The notes beneath the pieces are model-generated. The model was given only the letters and a program-made list of their open reading frames with translations, did not search any database and was not told the DNA's origin. A stretch of 64,000 nt of DNA from Octopus sinensis (lineage: Eukaryota): contig NC_043013.1 in the NCBI RefSeq assembly GCF_006345805.1, forward strand, positions 46,686,001 to 46,750,000. The letters are read 5' to 3'. A program made the translations under genes and the position numbers. Numbering within the stretch: the stretch's first letter is position 1; each line of letters opens with the position of its first letter. This document shows positions 40,109 through 52,062 of the stretch, piece by piece.

Positions 40109-40787
40109 ATATTTCGTTACTTCGCCTTTCGTTGTCACTGCACATTTTATCGAGGTTGTATTCGTTCTAGTAATTACTAATTAAACACCGGTATCTTTAT
40201 ATAAATGTTTAGGAAAAAGAAATGTCAAGTGTGTTTATTCTGAACACTTTCTTTTCTCTTCAAACTTTCAAACTTACTACTACTTAAATCTAGAAGGAAT
40301 TGTCTCCACTATGATAGCAAACCACTAGGTTACACTTCGCGTTTAAATAAATATTAGCTACCAAACAATAACTGTCTCTCTTCATTGAGCCCTTTATTGA
40401 TCTGTAAGAGCCATATGGACCCCGGTTAAGAACTATTAAATAATATACTGTATATATTTTACTTTCTCTTGCTTCCTGCTCTTCTACATTCATCATTACT
40501 TTCTTCCCATCTCTCTCTCTCGCTTAATTCATTTTCCTATCATTTCCATTTTGTACTCGTAATAGCTTTGCTCCAGGTCACTTCTGTTTGAGCAGAGCAA
40601 TATTCAAACATGTTCCAGATGTTCCATATTTTTTGTACATCATTCGACATTATCCGCTCTCTTTTCTCCTTTTGAAGAAGCAATGAGTGATGTAAGAGAA
40701 AATAGGATTACAATCTTCTGCAAAAGAGGTTTCCGACATTTTTACTCGAATTTTCAGTGTATTATAATATCTTGCGATGTATTAAGC

Positions 40788-41101
40788 CATTGGTTCTCAA
40801 CCATTTTAACTTTCACCTATGGAACCCTTTGATTTCTATTTTACCCAATGGGAACGACCCTCATAAAATAAGTACCAGTGAAGTACTGGTGTCGATGCAG
40901 TCGACTAAGTTCCTCCTTCGAAGCTGTTGACCGTGTGCCAAAATTTAAATTCCTGTTATATTTTTATGATTAATTATTATTACGAATTGTATAAATTAAA
41001 AAAAAAATTATTTTGCGTTGTAGAAATATAGGCAAATTATGGCACAACAAAACCTTATATTGACCCCTAAGGGCCATATTGACCCCAATTGAGAACAACT
41101 A
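40788..41101. mobile_element. hAT-like MITE carrying a SINE B fragment
   Basis: Termini CATTGGTTCTCAA...TTGAGAACAACT resemble the hAT CAGTGGTTCTCAA pattern, with subterminal GACCCC motifs. Confidence 0.5.
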
Positions 41102-41710
41102 TATTAAACAATGCATTGTATATATTTTACTTTATCTTACTTCCTACTCTTCTACATTTATCATTACTCTCCCTCTCTCCTTCTCTCTCTCTCTCTCTCC
41201 TAATCTGCCACTCCCACCATCACTCTCACTATCTCCCTACTATAGTGATTTATGGAGGTGACCTCAGTTCATGGTCTTACTCCGGAAATAGCCGAGGTTG
41301 CTATGGTGGCCATGGTGCTCTGTCCATTCCATTCTCCTCTCTGCTGTTTTGTGTAATCCTGCTGGTCATTTTAATGTCCAGTTTTCTGGTGGCCGTACGC
41401 TTCATTAACGGCTGGAAATACCTCTTACCATCTTCAGTACATCTTATCCGTTATGGTCAAATGTAAATACACTGCAGTATGGAGATTTAATCTTTAGAGT
41501 TTTACATACACGCGCATGCGCGCACACATGCGTACATATATGCATACATACGTACATACATAATTACATGCATATATATAATGCATATATACGCATATAT
41601 CTATTGACACATATATTGGTATGTGCATATACATACGGATATACAGATACACATACACATATATGTGTGTGTATATATATCTATATATATACTGTATATA
41701 TATATATATA

Positions 41711-41858
41711 TTTATTTTATAGAAGGAGCTTCTGCAGGACTAGAACTGTTTCATTCAAAAGAAATCATCAGAAGCTCCTTCTATAAAATAAATTAATTTA
41801 CTCTGCTATGTATTGAGTACCTTATTTACTGTGGTTAACCCCGACTCAACCCGGGACC

Positions 41859-41860
<2 letters not shown>
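41711..41860. mobile_element. Penelope-like inverted terminal fragment in (TA)n
   Basis: Perfect 24-bp IR TTTATTTTATAGAAGGAGCTTCTG. The minus strand carries CUGAUGA..GAAAC..GUC. Confidence 0.5.
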
Positions 41861-41907
<47 letters not shown>

Positions 41908-41941
41908 ATATATATACATGTATATCTATATACATGTATAT

Positions 41942-42173
41942 ATTTCTTTATTACCCACAAGGGGTTAAACACAAAGGGGACAAACAGGGACAGACAAACG
42001 GATTAAGTCGATTACATCAATCCCAGTGCGTAACTGGTACTTAATTTATCGACCCCGAAAGGATGAAAGGCAAAGTCGACCTCGGCGGAATTTGAACCCA
42101 GAACGTAACGGCAGACGAAATACGGTTACGCATTTCGCCCGGCGTGTTAACGTTTCCGCCAGCTCGCCGCCTT
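41942..42173 (-). mobile_element. SINE family B, full length
   Basis: Near-consensus reverse complement. Confidence 0.9.
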
Positions 42174-42221
42174 AAAATATATATATGTATATATATATGC
42201 ATGTATATATTTATGTATATA

Positions 42222-42769
42222 TCTATTATATAAAATCCGTTCTATCTGTCTGTGTGTGTCTTCTAGGATATCGGGCAAACTCCATCTGATTGCGCCCAAA
42301 TTTGATATGTAAATATCCACGGTATCAGGGCGTGTATAAGTCTTGAAATAATTACAAAAATCAATTCCAGGTGAGAATGCGATCGATAAAGCCGTGGGAA
42401 CGTGCATTTGTACGCGCAAGCACATCAGCTGTTGCGATCGATACTACGCGTACGCGAGAAAAAATGCACGCGCAGTTTGCGCAAAAAAAGCCTGCTTGCT
42501 TTAAATAATATCACAAAATGCAGTATATTTAAGAGACCAAAAAAGTAAGATGCAAAAGAGATATTTTCTTCAAACTTGGCATGAAGGAAGGAAAGACTAT
42601 TTGGTTTCTCAAGAAGTCTTTTTTGCCGTAACTTTGTTTAACAAAAACCAAAAATTTTATTGAAATAAAGTCATGCTTAATAATTTTTTAATGAAAAGAA
42701 AACACTGATTGCTTTTTATTCAGCAGATATGATTCAGCTCCGTCCATTCGATGGGAGGCGTTTTGCTCG
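42222..42769 (+). mobile_element. Non-autonomous Helitron-like element
   Basis: Starts A|TCTATTATATAAAA. Subterminal hairpin CCGTCCATTCGATGGGAGG, then a CTCG|T (CTRR-like) end. No TSD or TIR. Confidence 0.55.
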
Positions 42770-42971
42770 TATATATATATATAATATATATATATGGATA
42801 TGTGTACACATATACATACATATGTATGTGTGTACGTGTGTGCGTGCGTGTGTTTGTGTACATGTGTGTGTACATAATTATTTGCAGGATCTAATAGATT
42901 GAAGGTATTTTAATAATGACACCAAGTTAGAGTCCAGTACAGTGTATACCCGGGTATCAACGGTATGTATA

Positions 42972-43387
42972 GGATCTTTTCGGTTTGAACGGCAGTTTTT
43001 TTTAGCGGTGTCATATGAAATTGTCACCCATAATTATGAACCTAGTATCGATCTATTGCATTTCAATCTGTTTTAGGGTTAGGGTTAGGGGTGGGGGGAA
43101 GGGTATCTTTTTTTCTTCACAAATGTAAATAAACTCAATCTGTTTCTTAAATGCGGGACATATTCATACGGTACAGAATGTTTTTACCTCAATACACGTC
43201 ATTGATTGGTTGAAATTGCAGAAATTGAAGAAAAACAACAACAAATATCTTACAAACTATAGAATTTTCTCAATAAAGCCAAGAGAAAAAGATGTTTTAT
43301 AAACACATTCTACCAGTATACGAAGTTAAAAATTTTTTAGTTACCTAGAAATTATGTTAAAAACTGCCGTTCAAACCGAAAAGATCC
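42972..43387. mobile_element. Merlin-like MITE
   Basis: Perfect 29-bp TIR GGATCTTTTCGGTTTGAACGGCAGTTTTT and 8-bp TSD TATGTATA (42964-42971, 43388-43395). Confidence 0.85.
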
Positions 43388-44057
43388 TATGTATAGACAC
43401 TCACGTACCTACTCAAGTAAGTATAGACAAGTATAAACCTAATACACTCAACGTATTCGTAACCTCACAGAAGAAACAACACTTGAGATTTTCTATAACC
43501 ATCTGTGGCCACCTCCACAAAGAAGCCTCTATGTTCGTCCTGCGAAAAAGAAGAGGCAAACTTTTTACACAAACAACTATTCTAAAAAAAACAAATGATA
43601 CATTGGATAATTTAGTTGACAGATGTGGTCACAATCAGAACGCCTTTAATCTGTTCGACCATTACAGACGACAATGCAACTAAATAGCTGTCGATGTATT
43701 AAGCATAATAAACCCCCTTATTTGGCGTGGGGCAATACCAACCCCGATTAAAAATAACTGGTGTTACAACCTCAAGTTTTCGATTGTGTTTTGAACTGCA
43801 ATTCTCCAAGCTGCCCAATTCCGTGACGCTGAATGTTTCGAGTGCGCTTTTGGCTTCTAGACTGAAATCATTGATTAACTCATCATTTTTGTCTATGCTC
43901 TTCTGGTGAAATTCGGAGTTCAATAGAACTATTCAAATATTCTTCAAAATTTTCTCCAATACTTCGATCTGTATCCTTTATATATTGCCACTTTCTCCTT
44001 TCCATGCTCAAAACTGTTCACATCGTTTCGATTCTTGCAATCAATATGTTTATTAAT

Positions 44058-44396
44058 AAGGCGGCGAGCTGGCAGAAACGTTAGCACGCCGGGCGAAATG
44101 CGTAGCAGTATTTCGTCTGCCGTTACGTTCTGAGTTCAAATTCCGCCGAGGTCGACTTTGCCTTTCATCCTTTCGGGGTCAATAAATTAAGTATCAGTTA
44201 TTCGCTGGAGTCGATATAATCGACTTAATCCGTTTGTCTGTCCCTGTTTGTCCTCTCTGTGTTTAGCCCCTTGTGGGTAGCAAAGAAATAGGTATTTCGT
44301 CTGCTTTTACAGAATTTGAACTCAGAACGTAACGACAGACGAAATACCGCTAGGCATTTTGCCCGGCGTGCTAACGATTCTGCCAGTTCGCCACCT
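44058..44396. mobile_element. SINE family B (+) followed by an inverted family B head (-)
   Basis: Full plus copy to ~44290, then the reverse complement of the head at 44312-44395. Confidence 0.85.
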
Positions 44397-44791
44397 AACA
44401 TTATGTCAGCTTATTAAGTCACAACTATTGAAATTAAGAAGTTGTTAGCTTTGCTTCGCTAGTCAACTAATATTTACTTAAATTAAAGATCGTGCTGAGA
44501 AAATTCTTTGTATTTTTATCTGTATACATGCATCCAACCACATTGAGTGATAGATAGACAGATAATACTGTTCTCATATATGTGGAAGTGTATATATATT
44601 TGTGCGTGTAATGCGCGTGTACCATTATATAGAGAATGACAAAAGAGAAAGAGAGAGGGGAGAGAAGAGGAGGAGAGGAGAGAGGAGGAAGAGGAGAGAG
44701 GTTGGGAGAGAGAATAGACGCAAAGAATGGATATTTATAACTTTTCTTCCTATGTGGTTATGAGCTACTCTTTTTAAATGATCTGTCAGTT

Positions 44792-44834
<43 letters not shown>

Positions 44835-44877
44835 ATCTATCTATCTCTATTTATCAATCTAGTTCAAATTTATAGAA

Positions 44878-44970
44878 AAACAAAAAAACGAAGACAGGTG
44901 TAGGAACAAGAAACAAGTATATCAGTTTCACGCTCGGAGAAAATTGAAAAGTCTTTTACGTTTCGAGCCC
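44878..44970 (-). mobile_element. Truncated Penelope-like terminal fragment (same family as 62405-62570)
   Basis: Minus strand reads GCTCGAAACGTAAAAGAC...CACCTGTCTTCG. Confidence 0.55.
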
Positions 44971-44971
44971 A

Positions 44972-45210
<239 letters not shown>

Positions 45211-45519
45211 GTACGCACGCAGACATACTTGTATATGTTTATATTATTCTTTTTTTATATTCTGTATGTCTGCATCGTTAACGTGTGAAATCGCATGAGA
45301 GACATACGTATAACTATCTCCGACTTTATATCTCTCTCACTCCATATATATATAGTTGTGGTGCCCCAGCATGGCCGCAGCTCTCGAGCTGATACTAGCA
45401 GAAGAATATATACACAGAGATACACACACACACACACACACGCACATACACACACATTCACTCACAAAGACACATATATACGTACGTACTTACGTATATA
45501 TATATGCATATACATATAT

Positions 45520-45741
45520 ATTTCTTTACTAGCCACAAGGGGCTAAACAGAGAGGGGACAAACAAGGACAGACAAAGGGATTGAGTCGATTACATCGACC
45601 CAGTGCGAAACTGGTACTTTATTTATCGACCCCGAGAGGATGAAAGGCAAAGTCGACCTCGGCGGAATTTGAACTCAGAACGTAACGACAGACAAAATAC
45701 GGCAACGCATTTCGCCCGGCGCGCTAACGTTTCTGCCAGCT
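45520..45741 (-). mobile_element. SINE family B
   Basis: Near-consensus reverse complement. Confidence 0.85.
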
Positions 45742-46194
45742 ATATAACGCATGTATATGTATATATGCATATTTGTAATGCAGGTATGCATGTATGCGTG
45801 CATGTGTGAGTGTGTAAGATTATAAGCTTCTTTGATTAACTCCTACACAGACTTCAATTCATAAAGGACGGCAAACGGAATGTTGTAACGTTCATGCCAC
45901 TTTTACAAACGCCATTTGTCATGTCGGCAAAATAAAATGGCTTCAAACGGCTTCTGACGTCACACAGTAAATTGGGTAGGTAGTGAGCTTAACTCTTTCA
46001 ATTAAATAATGTATTAAGTGAAGTTTTTTCTCTCTTAATTTGTTTTTCTCACCGTCCCTAATGACGCCTTTGTTATTTGCGGTATTTGCCGTCCATGTTT
46101 TCCCAAGAGAATTAGTATTGTAGAATGTTCGAGGTCAAAGCACTATATGTATTTATTTATTTATTTATTCATTTATTTATTTATATTATTCTTT

Positions 46195-46361
46195 TATTCT
46201 TTTACTTATTTCAGTCATTTGACTACGGCCATGCTGGAACACCCGCCTTTAGTCGAACAAATCGACCCCCAAGACTTATTCTTTGTAAGCCAAATACTTA
46301 TTCAGCCGGTTTCTTTTGCCGAACTACTAAGTAACGGTGACGTAAACACACACACAAATCA

Positions 46362-46441
<80 letters not shown>

Positions 46442-46882
46442 AATAAAGATAATATCGATATTTAAATATCGATATTATCAAGTGGCCAGCATGGGAAAAA
46501 TACCATACAAAGGTAATAATTTTTTTACAACTAAAAATAAGGGTGTCTGAGAGACACCACCATGCCGAAATAGCAGTCAAAACCCTGACTATATATATAT
46601 ATATAATAGAAGGGTAAAATTTATTAATTAAATTAATTAATTATTTAATCAATTAATTAACAATTTTACCAAGTAGATCTGTACGTTAACGTTATATATA
46701 TATATATATATATATATTTACGACGGGTCTCTTTCAGTTTCCGTCTACTATATCCACTCACAAGGCTTTTGTCGGCCAGAGGCTATAATGGAAGACACTT
46801 GCCCAAGGTGTCACGCAGTGGGACTGAACCCAAACCATGTGGTCCGGAAGCAAGCTTCTTACCACACAGCTACGGCTGCACC
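46195..46882 (-). mobile_element. SINE family A split by an insertion in its microsatellite linker
   Basis: 3' half at 46195-46350 and head at 46720-46882. Confidence 0.75.
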
Positions 46883-47677
46883 TATTTATTTATTTATTTA
46901 TTTTATTAATTTATTAAGGTGTTGCTTGTTTATTTGTTGCAAGTTTTGAACAATAGCTTCGGCGGTTACAGGTTCCTTATTCCTCAATATATCAAAGGAG
47001 CACTGTGTTCGAGCATTCCTCGAATTAGCCAACGGCTCTTCTTATTTTCTCGTCAAAGACGGACGAAATTCCGTCAAGCATTTTGTCCGGCGTACTAACG
47101 ATTCTGCCATCTCACCGCTCTCGACAGCCCTGTCTTTGAGCCAGACGCAAGCACATAGTTTTAAATATGGCATCTGCGTCACTAAGGTTATGAAAATCAC
47201 GGTCTGTTTTACTTATAACGACCCTGGCTGTGAGCGCAACAGCAAGGTAAGGTTCAGATTTGTCGTGAAATCGCAAGCTGTTTTGTGATAGAACTTTCAA
47301 GAAAAATGATACGACATGCTTCAAAAAGTAATTAAAACATAAGCAATATATACACCCTGGATCCTTATGTGAGATACAACATCTTCTGTACAATTTTCTG
47401 CAGATTCTTTTCAAATGAACTAACGGTGACTAGGTATGTTTACTCTTGATTGTAGTTGATTAATTTGACCTTTTTAATAATTTCATAATAAGATTAGGTT
47501 GTAAATAATTATACTTGTTCTCTAATTTCATAACTTCCAATTATAACGTGTAACATCACGTTGTATGAAGTTATGTAATGTTATTTAGCAGGGTAAGATA
47601 GAAAGTCTTTAGATATTTTCTAGCCGTTTGGCGTTGTTTCTCGCCTTCTTCTATGTCTGTATGATAGTTAAAAGTTA

Positions 47678-47983
47678 TTTTGTTTGTTCCTTCTCGAGTC
47701 ATGCCTGGCTTATAAGGGCCGGTTTCCCCGTTTCCTTGGCGTATAGGTTCCCCACCTGGACGGGACGCCGGTCCGTCGCAGGTGAGCTGCAAGATGCAGG
47801 AGGAAAGAGTAAGAAAAAGTTCTGGCGAAAGAGTCAGCAGAAGTTCACCATTATCTTCTGCCGGAGCCCCGTGGAGCTTAAGTGTTTCGCTCATAAACAC
47901 ACACATCGCCCGGTCTGAGATTCGAACCCCGTGATCCCTCGACTGCGAGTCCGCTGCTCCAACCACTAGGCCATGTGCCTCCA
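47678..47983 (-). mobile_element. tRNA-derived SINE family C with a V-like 3' domain
   Basis: Minus strand reads TGGCCTAGTGG...GGTTCGAATC...GCGACGGACCGGCGTCCCGTCCAG...(AAAC). Confidence 0.8.
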
Positions 47984-48104
47984 CAAAAGTTATTTACTGA
48001 ACTTGTATTTCTGTTTATGGTATGTTATAAAGATCCTGTATTGCATCTGTATTTTTTCATATATCGAATATTGAGTGCTAACCGGGATATTTATTTGTAC
48101 ACAC

Positions 48105-48153
<49 letters not shown>

Positions 48154-48169
48154 CACACACATACATATA

Positions 48170-48205
<36 letters not shown>

Positions 48206-48464
48206 CGTGTGTGTAAGTATGTAAGTGTGTACACGGACACACAGACACACATAAACACCCACACAAGTTGTAATAGTGAAGTCAACCCAAATGGTGATAT
48301 TATTACAACTTAAACGACTCGATATCTGTAAAAAGTAGCCAATCCTGATTCCCATCGTGCGGATGCTCTAACAGCGGTTTGGAGTAGTTTGCTTTATTTG
48401 ACTCGAGTTAGAAATTCTGGTTCCGTGCACAGCATCTAGAATAACAAGATATATATATATATAG

Positions 48465-48539
<75 letters not shown>

Positions 48540-48540
<1 letters not shown>

Positions 48541-48741
48541 TGACTTCGTGTGTACGGTTGGCGATTTTTTTCCCTCTGTCTTCCCTTCATTGGCTCTTTC
48601 CTTTTCCTATGTTCTGACGAAGAGCTCCGCTCGAAACGTTAAACCCTCCTTCCTTCCTTCTTTCCTGAGCGTCCAATAATACTATACTTGTTCCACTTCC
48701 TCGCGTTGTTGTGTTTTCTCTTTGTGTTTTCATTTTTGGAT

Positions 48742-48745
<4 letters not shown>
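48540..48745 (+). mobile_element. Penelope-like terminal repeat in (TA)n with an HHR core
   Basis: CTGACGA-A-GAGC-TCC-GCTC-GAAA-CGTT at 48614-48640, flanked by (TA)n on both sides. Confidence 0.6.
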
Positions 48746-48802
<57 letters not shown>

Positions 48803-48918
48803 ATATATATATACATATGTATGTATAATATATATATACATATGTATGTATAAATATATATACACATATATAATATATACACCATCATATATATATATAT
48901 ATATATATTTATACATAC

Positions 48919-48955
<37 letters not shown>

Positions 48956-49455
48956 CGAGAGAAATAGATATAGGTATTTGTGCCTATGCATATATATATA
49001 TACATTTCTGTGTATATGCATACATAGATATTTATACAGATATATGTATGACTCTGTGTGTGTGTGTGTTGTGTGTGTGTGTGTGTGTGTGTTTATAAAG
49101 ATGTCTCAGTTGACTGGCGGATGTATATGAAGATAAGACATGACACAACCAGCTTACAGGAACTTCCAGTCGTATCGAAACTTTTATTTGAATACTAAAA
49201 CATGTACAAACGGAACAGAACAGTATTTTAATTACTTTAAAAGGAAAGCCGCTTACTCACACACACACCACACACACACACACACACATGGACATGCACA
49301 TGCACACTCACAGATGGTTATAGATTTATTTTGAATTGATATGGATAGTATAGTACAGTTAAGTACCAGGTATTGGCTTATAAAACAGAGACTAGTATCA
49401 TGCTGGGTGTCTTTTACATTTACATTTTACATTTTATACTAAGTGTGGTAGATTC

Positions 49456-49610
49456 TAAATTTATGACATAAGATATAAATTAAAAATTTATATCGTAAGA
49501 CATAAATTGTAACTTTATGATATAAGATATAAATTGTAAATTTATGACTTAAGATATAAATTATACATTTATGACGTCAAATATCAAATGTAAATTTGTG
49601 ACGTAAGTCA
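49456..49610. repeat. ~27-bp minisatellite, about 6 degenerate copies
   Basis: Unit approximately TAAATTTATGACATAAGATATAAATTG. Confidence 0.8.
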
Positions 49611-50107
49611 CATTTAAGAATATTGTTTCGGAATTCAAAAGTTGAAGTTATTTGGGGATTTTTTCGTTTATTTTTAAGGGAAGGGTTGCTTTTACAACTT
49701 CGGTTCAATGCGACCATATAGCTCTATAGCGCTCAGGTGAGAGCTGTAATCATTGACTTATAATGCACTTCAGAAGGTGGCATCTAGGCAAGTGGTTATA
49801 GTAAAGGCCTAGCAGAGAACGGGTCATATATTAGTGTCTCTTACTTCTTTGCTCATTTGTTCCAAATCCGCGTAGATGAGAATAGCCTTTACATGCTATG
49901 TGGAGTTGATCGCTGAATAATTACAACATTGATCTGAAAAAATATCTCCCTTTACATTGCATTACGTTGGACACAAGCAGACTCAATTACACTAGATTAG
50001 CTGCACCATTTTGATGATATCGCTGTTGATTTTGTTTAACTTCAGTTCACCTAAGATGGTGCTAACCTATGATTAAAGGGGTACCAGCTGCGAGCTATAT
50101 CATTGCT

Positions 50108-50141
<34 letters not shown>

Positions 50142-50403
50142 AAATAATATTAAGGAATATGATTCCAAACTTACAGGGAAAAATTAAATTAAATAATACT
50201 TAATCAAATTTCACAAATATATATTATATAATATATATATTGTATATATGTATATAAATTAGAGAAGAACCACCAAGTAGCATAGCCAACCCATAATAGA
50301 GCAGAATTTTTCCTTCGTAAATGTAGGCCAATGAGGTTATGCAATATTAAATATTTTTCTCATGACGAAACACTAGCAACTCATTCGGTGAAGATGGTGG
50401 CTC

Positions 50404-50450
<47 letters not shown>

Positions 50451-50500
50451 TCATATATATATATATATATATATAAATTCATATATATATATATATATAT

Positions 50501-51957
50501 AAGGCACGCGGATATAGTCGGAGCGACGCAAGGAGCAAGAGCTGGCCTAGGGTCGCACAATTTCAGGCCATTTTGCAAGAGCAGTGCAAAAGAGATGAAA
50601 GAGACAGTGGTATACGAAGTGAGAAAGGAGGAAGAAGATAGGCGAAATGTACATTTGGTGCAATGTAGTCAATAGGGACAGTGCCTGAGATGGGAGGAAT
50701 ATGTGATCAGCCGCAGAATATCATGGAAAGAACTTTGGGCTTGGGAACAAGCAAGAACATCCTTCCTGATCAATTCTACCTTCGACGTTCTACCCTCACC
50801 GGCGAACTTAGTCCGGTGGAACATAAAAGCAACCGATGAATGTAGATGCGAAGAGAAAGCGACGGTTAGACATGTTCTGTCAAACTGCAGACTAGCACTA
50901 GAAAGATATACATGGAGGCATAATCAAGTCCTCGGCGTCATAAGCGCAGCACTCGAGGAGAAGATCGAGAGGTACAATAGAGGAGAGTACCCAAAAGTAG
51001 AAAAGCGCAGGAAAGTATACTTCCAGAAGGAGGAGAAAAGATATAAAACAAGGCCTACAAGTAAATTATACGAGACAGAAAAAGATGGAATGGATACTGG
51101 GAGGTGGCCACGGATTTCGAAAGACAAGTAATATTTCCACTAATAAAAACGACAAAAAGACCAGATTTAGTCCTATGGAAAAGAGAAAGGAGAATAGGAA
51201 TTTTGCTAGAAGTGACAGTGCCATGAAAAGAGAACATCGGCAATGCAGAGGAACGAAAGAAGAGGTACCAAAAACTAATCGAAGAGTGCAGAGAACAGGG
51301 ATGGAATGTCGAGTATTACCACCTGGCAGTGGGGGCTAGAGGCATCATTGAAAGGAAAATGACAACGCTATTCAAAAGAAGATTTGTTTTTTTCTAGCTC
51401 CGAGCTGCGAAAACTAATAAGGAGAGTACATGAGGCGGTCGAAAAAGCCAGCTTCTCTATATGGCTGAAGCGAGAAGACCAAAAATGGTTTGAAAGTCAT
51501 AACATGCCGGCGGGAAATAACATCACTAGGTGAGACAAGCTGACACTGAATTAGCTTCGCTGACTGACAGGTGGCGGTCGTTTAGAGAATGCGCGGGCTA
51601 AGACTACGCGCCTTCATTGGTCAGTTAAAGCTGAGACAGTGTCAGGTGACAACTTGCTGGTGCTGCCTGCTGGAGACTAGCGGCAGGTATTTAAAGGGAA
51701 AAAATTTGACAAGTCTGTCAGTCGCCGGCTGAAACTCGTTGACTTACACCGAAGAGGCCATGGAACAGAAGAAAGAAAGAGGACATGCACCCAGTACCAG
51801 AGCTGAAGACACCCCCCGCGAGGGGGAAGGCGCCACGTCAAAACGGTAGCGGAGTAGGGGCCGAAACCGGACGTGGTTCCTCCTGATGATGTCTTGAGCT
51901 AACTGGATCCTATAAAGGAGCTGTTGTGGTAGCAGACCACGAAACACGGTTATAATT
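50501..51957 (+). mobile_element. Hero-clade-like RLE non-LTR retrotransposon, 5'-truncated
   Basis: DVLPSPANLVRW, CRC..HVLSNC knuckle, RYTWRHNQVL, KRPDLVLW..LLEVTVP and VGARG indicate a PD-(D/E)xK restriction-like endonuclease. Frameshifted, and flanked by (TA)n. Confidence 0.85.
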
Positions 51958-51991
51958 CCTATATTATATATATATATATATATATATTATG

Positions 51992-52024
<33 letters not shown>

Positions 52025-52025
52025 A

Positions 52026-52062
<37 letters not shown>

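Noticed and set aside
43073-43090. Interstitial telomere as a chromosome-fusion scar
   Set aside because: Only three units, and they lie inside a TIR/TSD-bounded MITE.
43699-43923. 74-aa minus-strand ORF with protein-like composition
   Set aside because: No recognisable motif, and upstream frames are blocked by stops.
46538-46592. CTGAGAGA...TGCCGAAATAGCAGTC HHR-like motif
   Set aside because: Core spacing and helix II are broken. It is at best a decayed PLE remnant.
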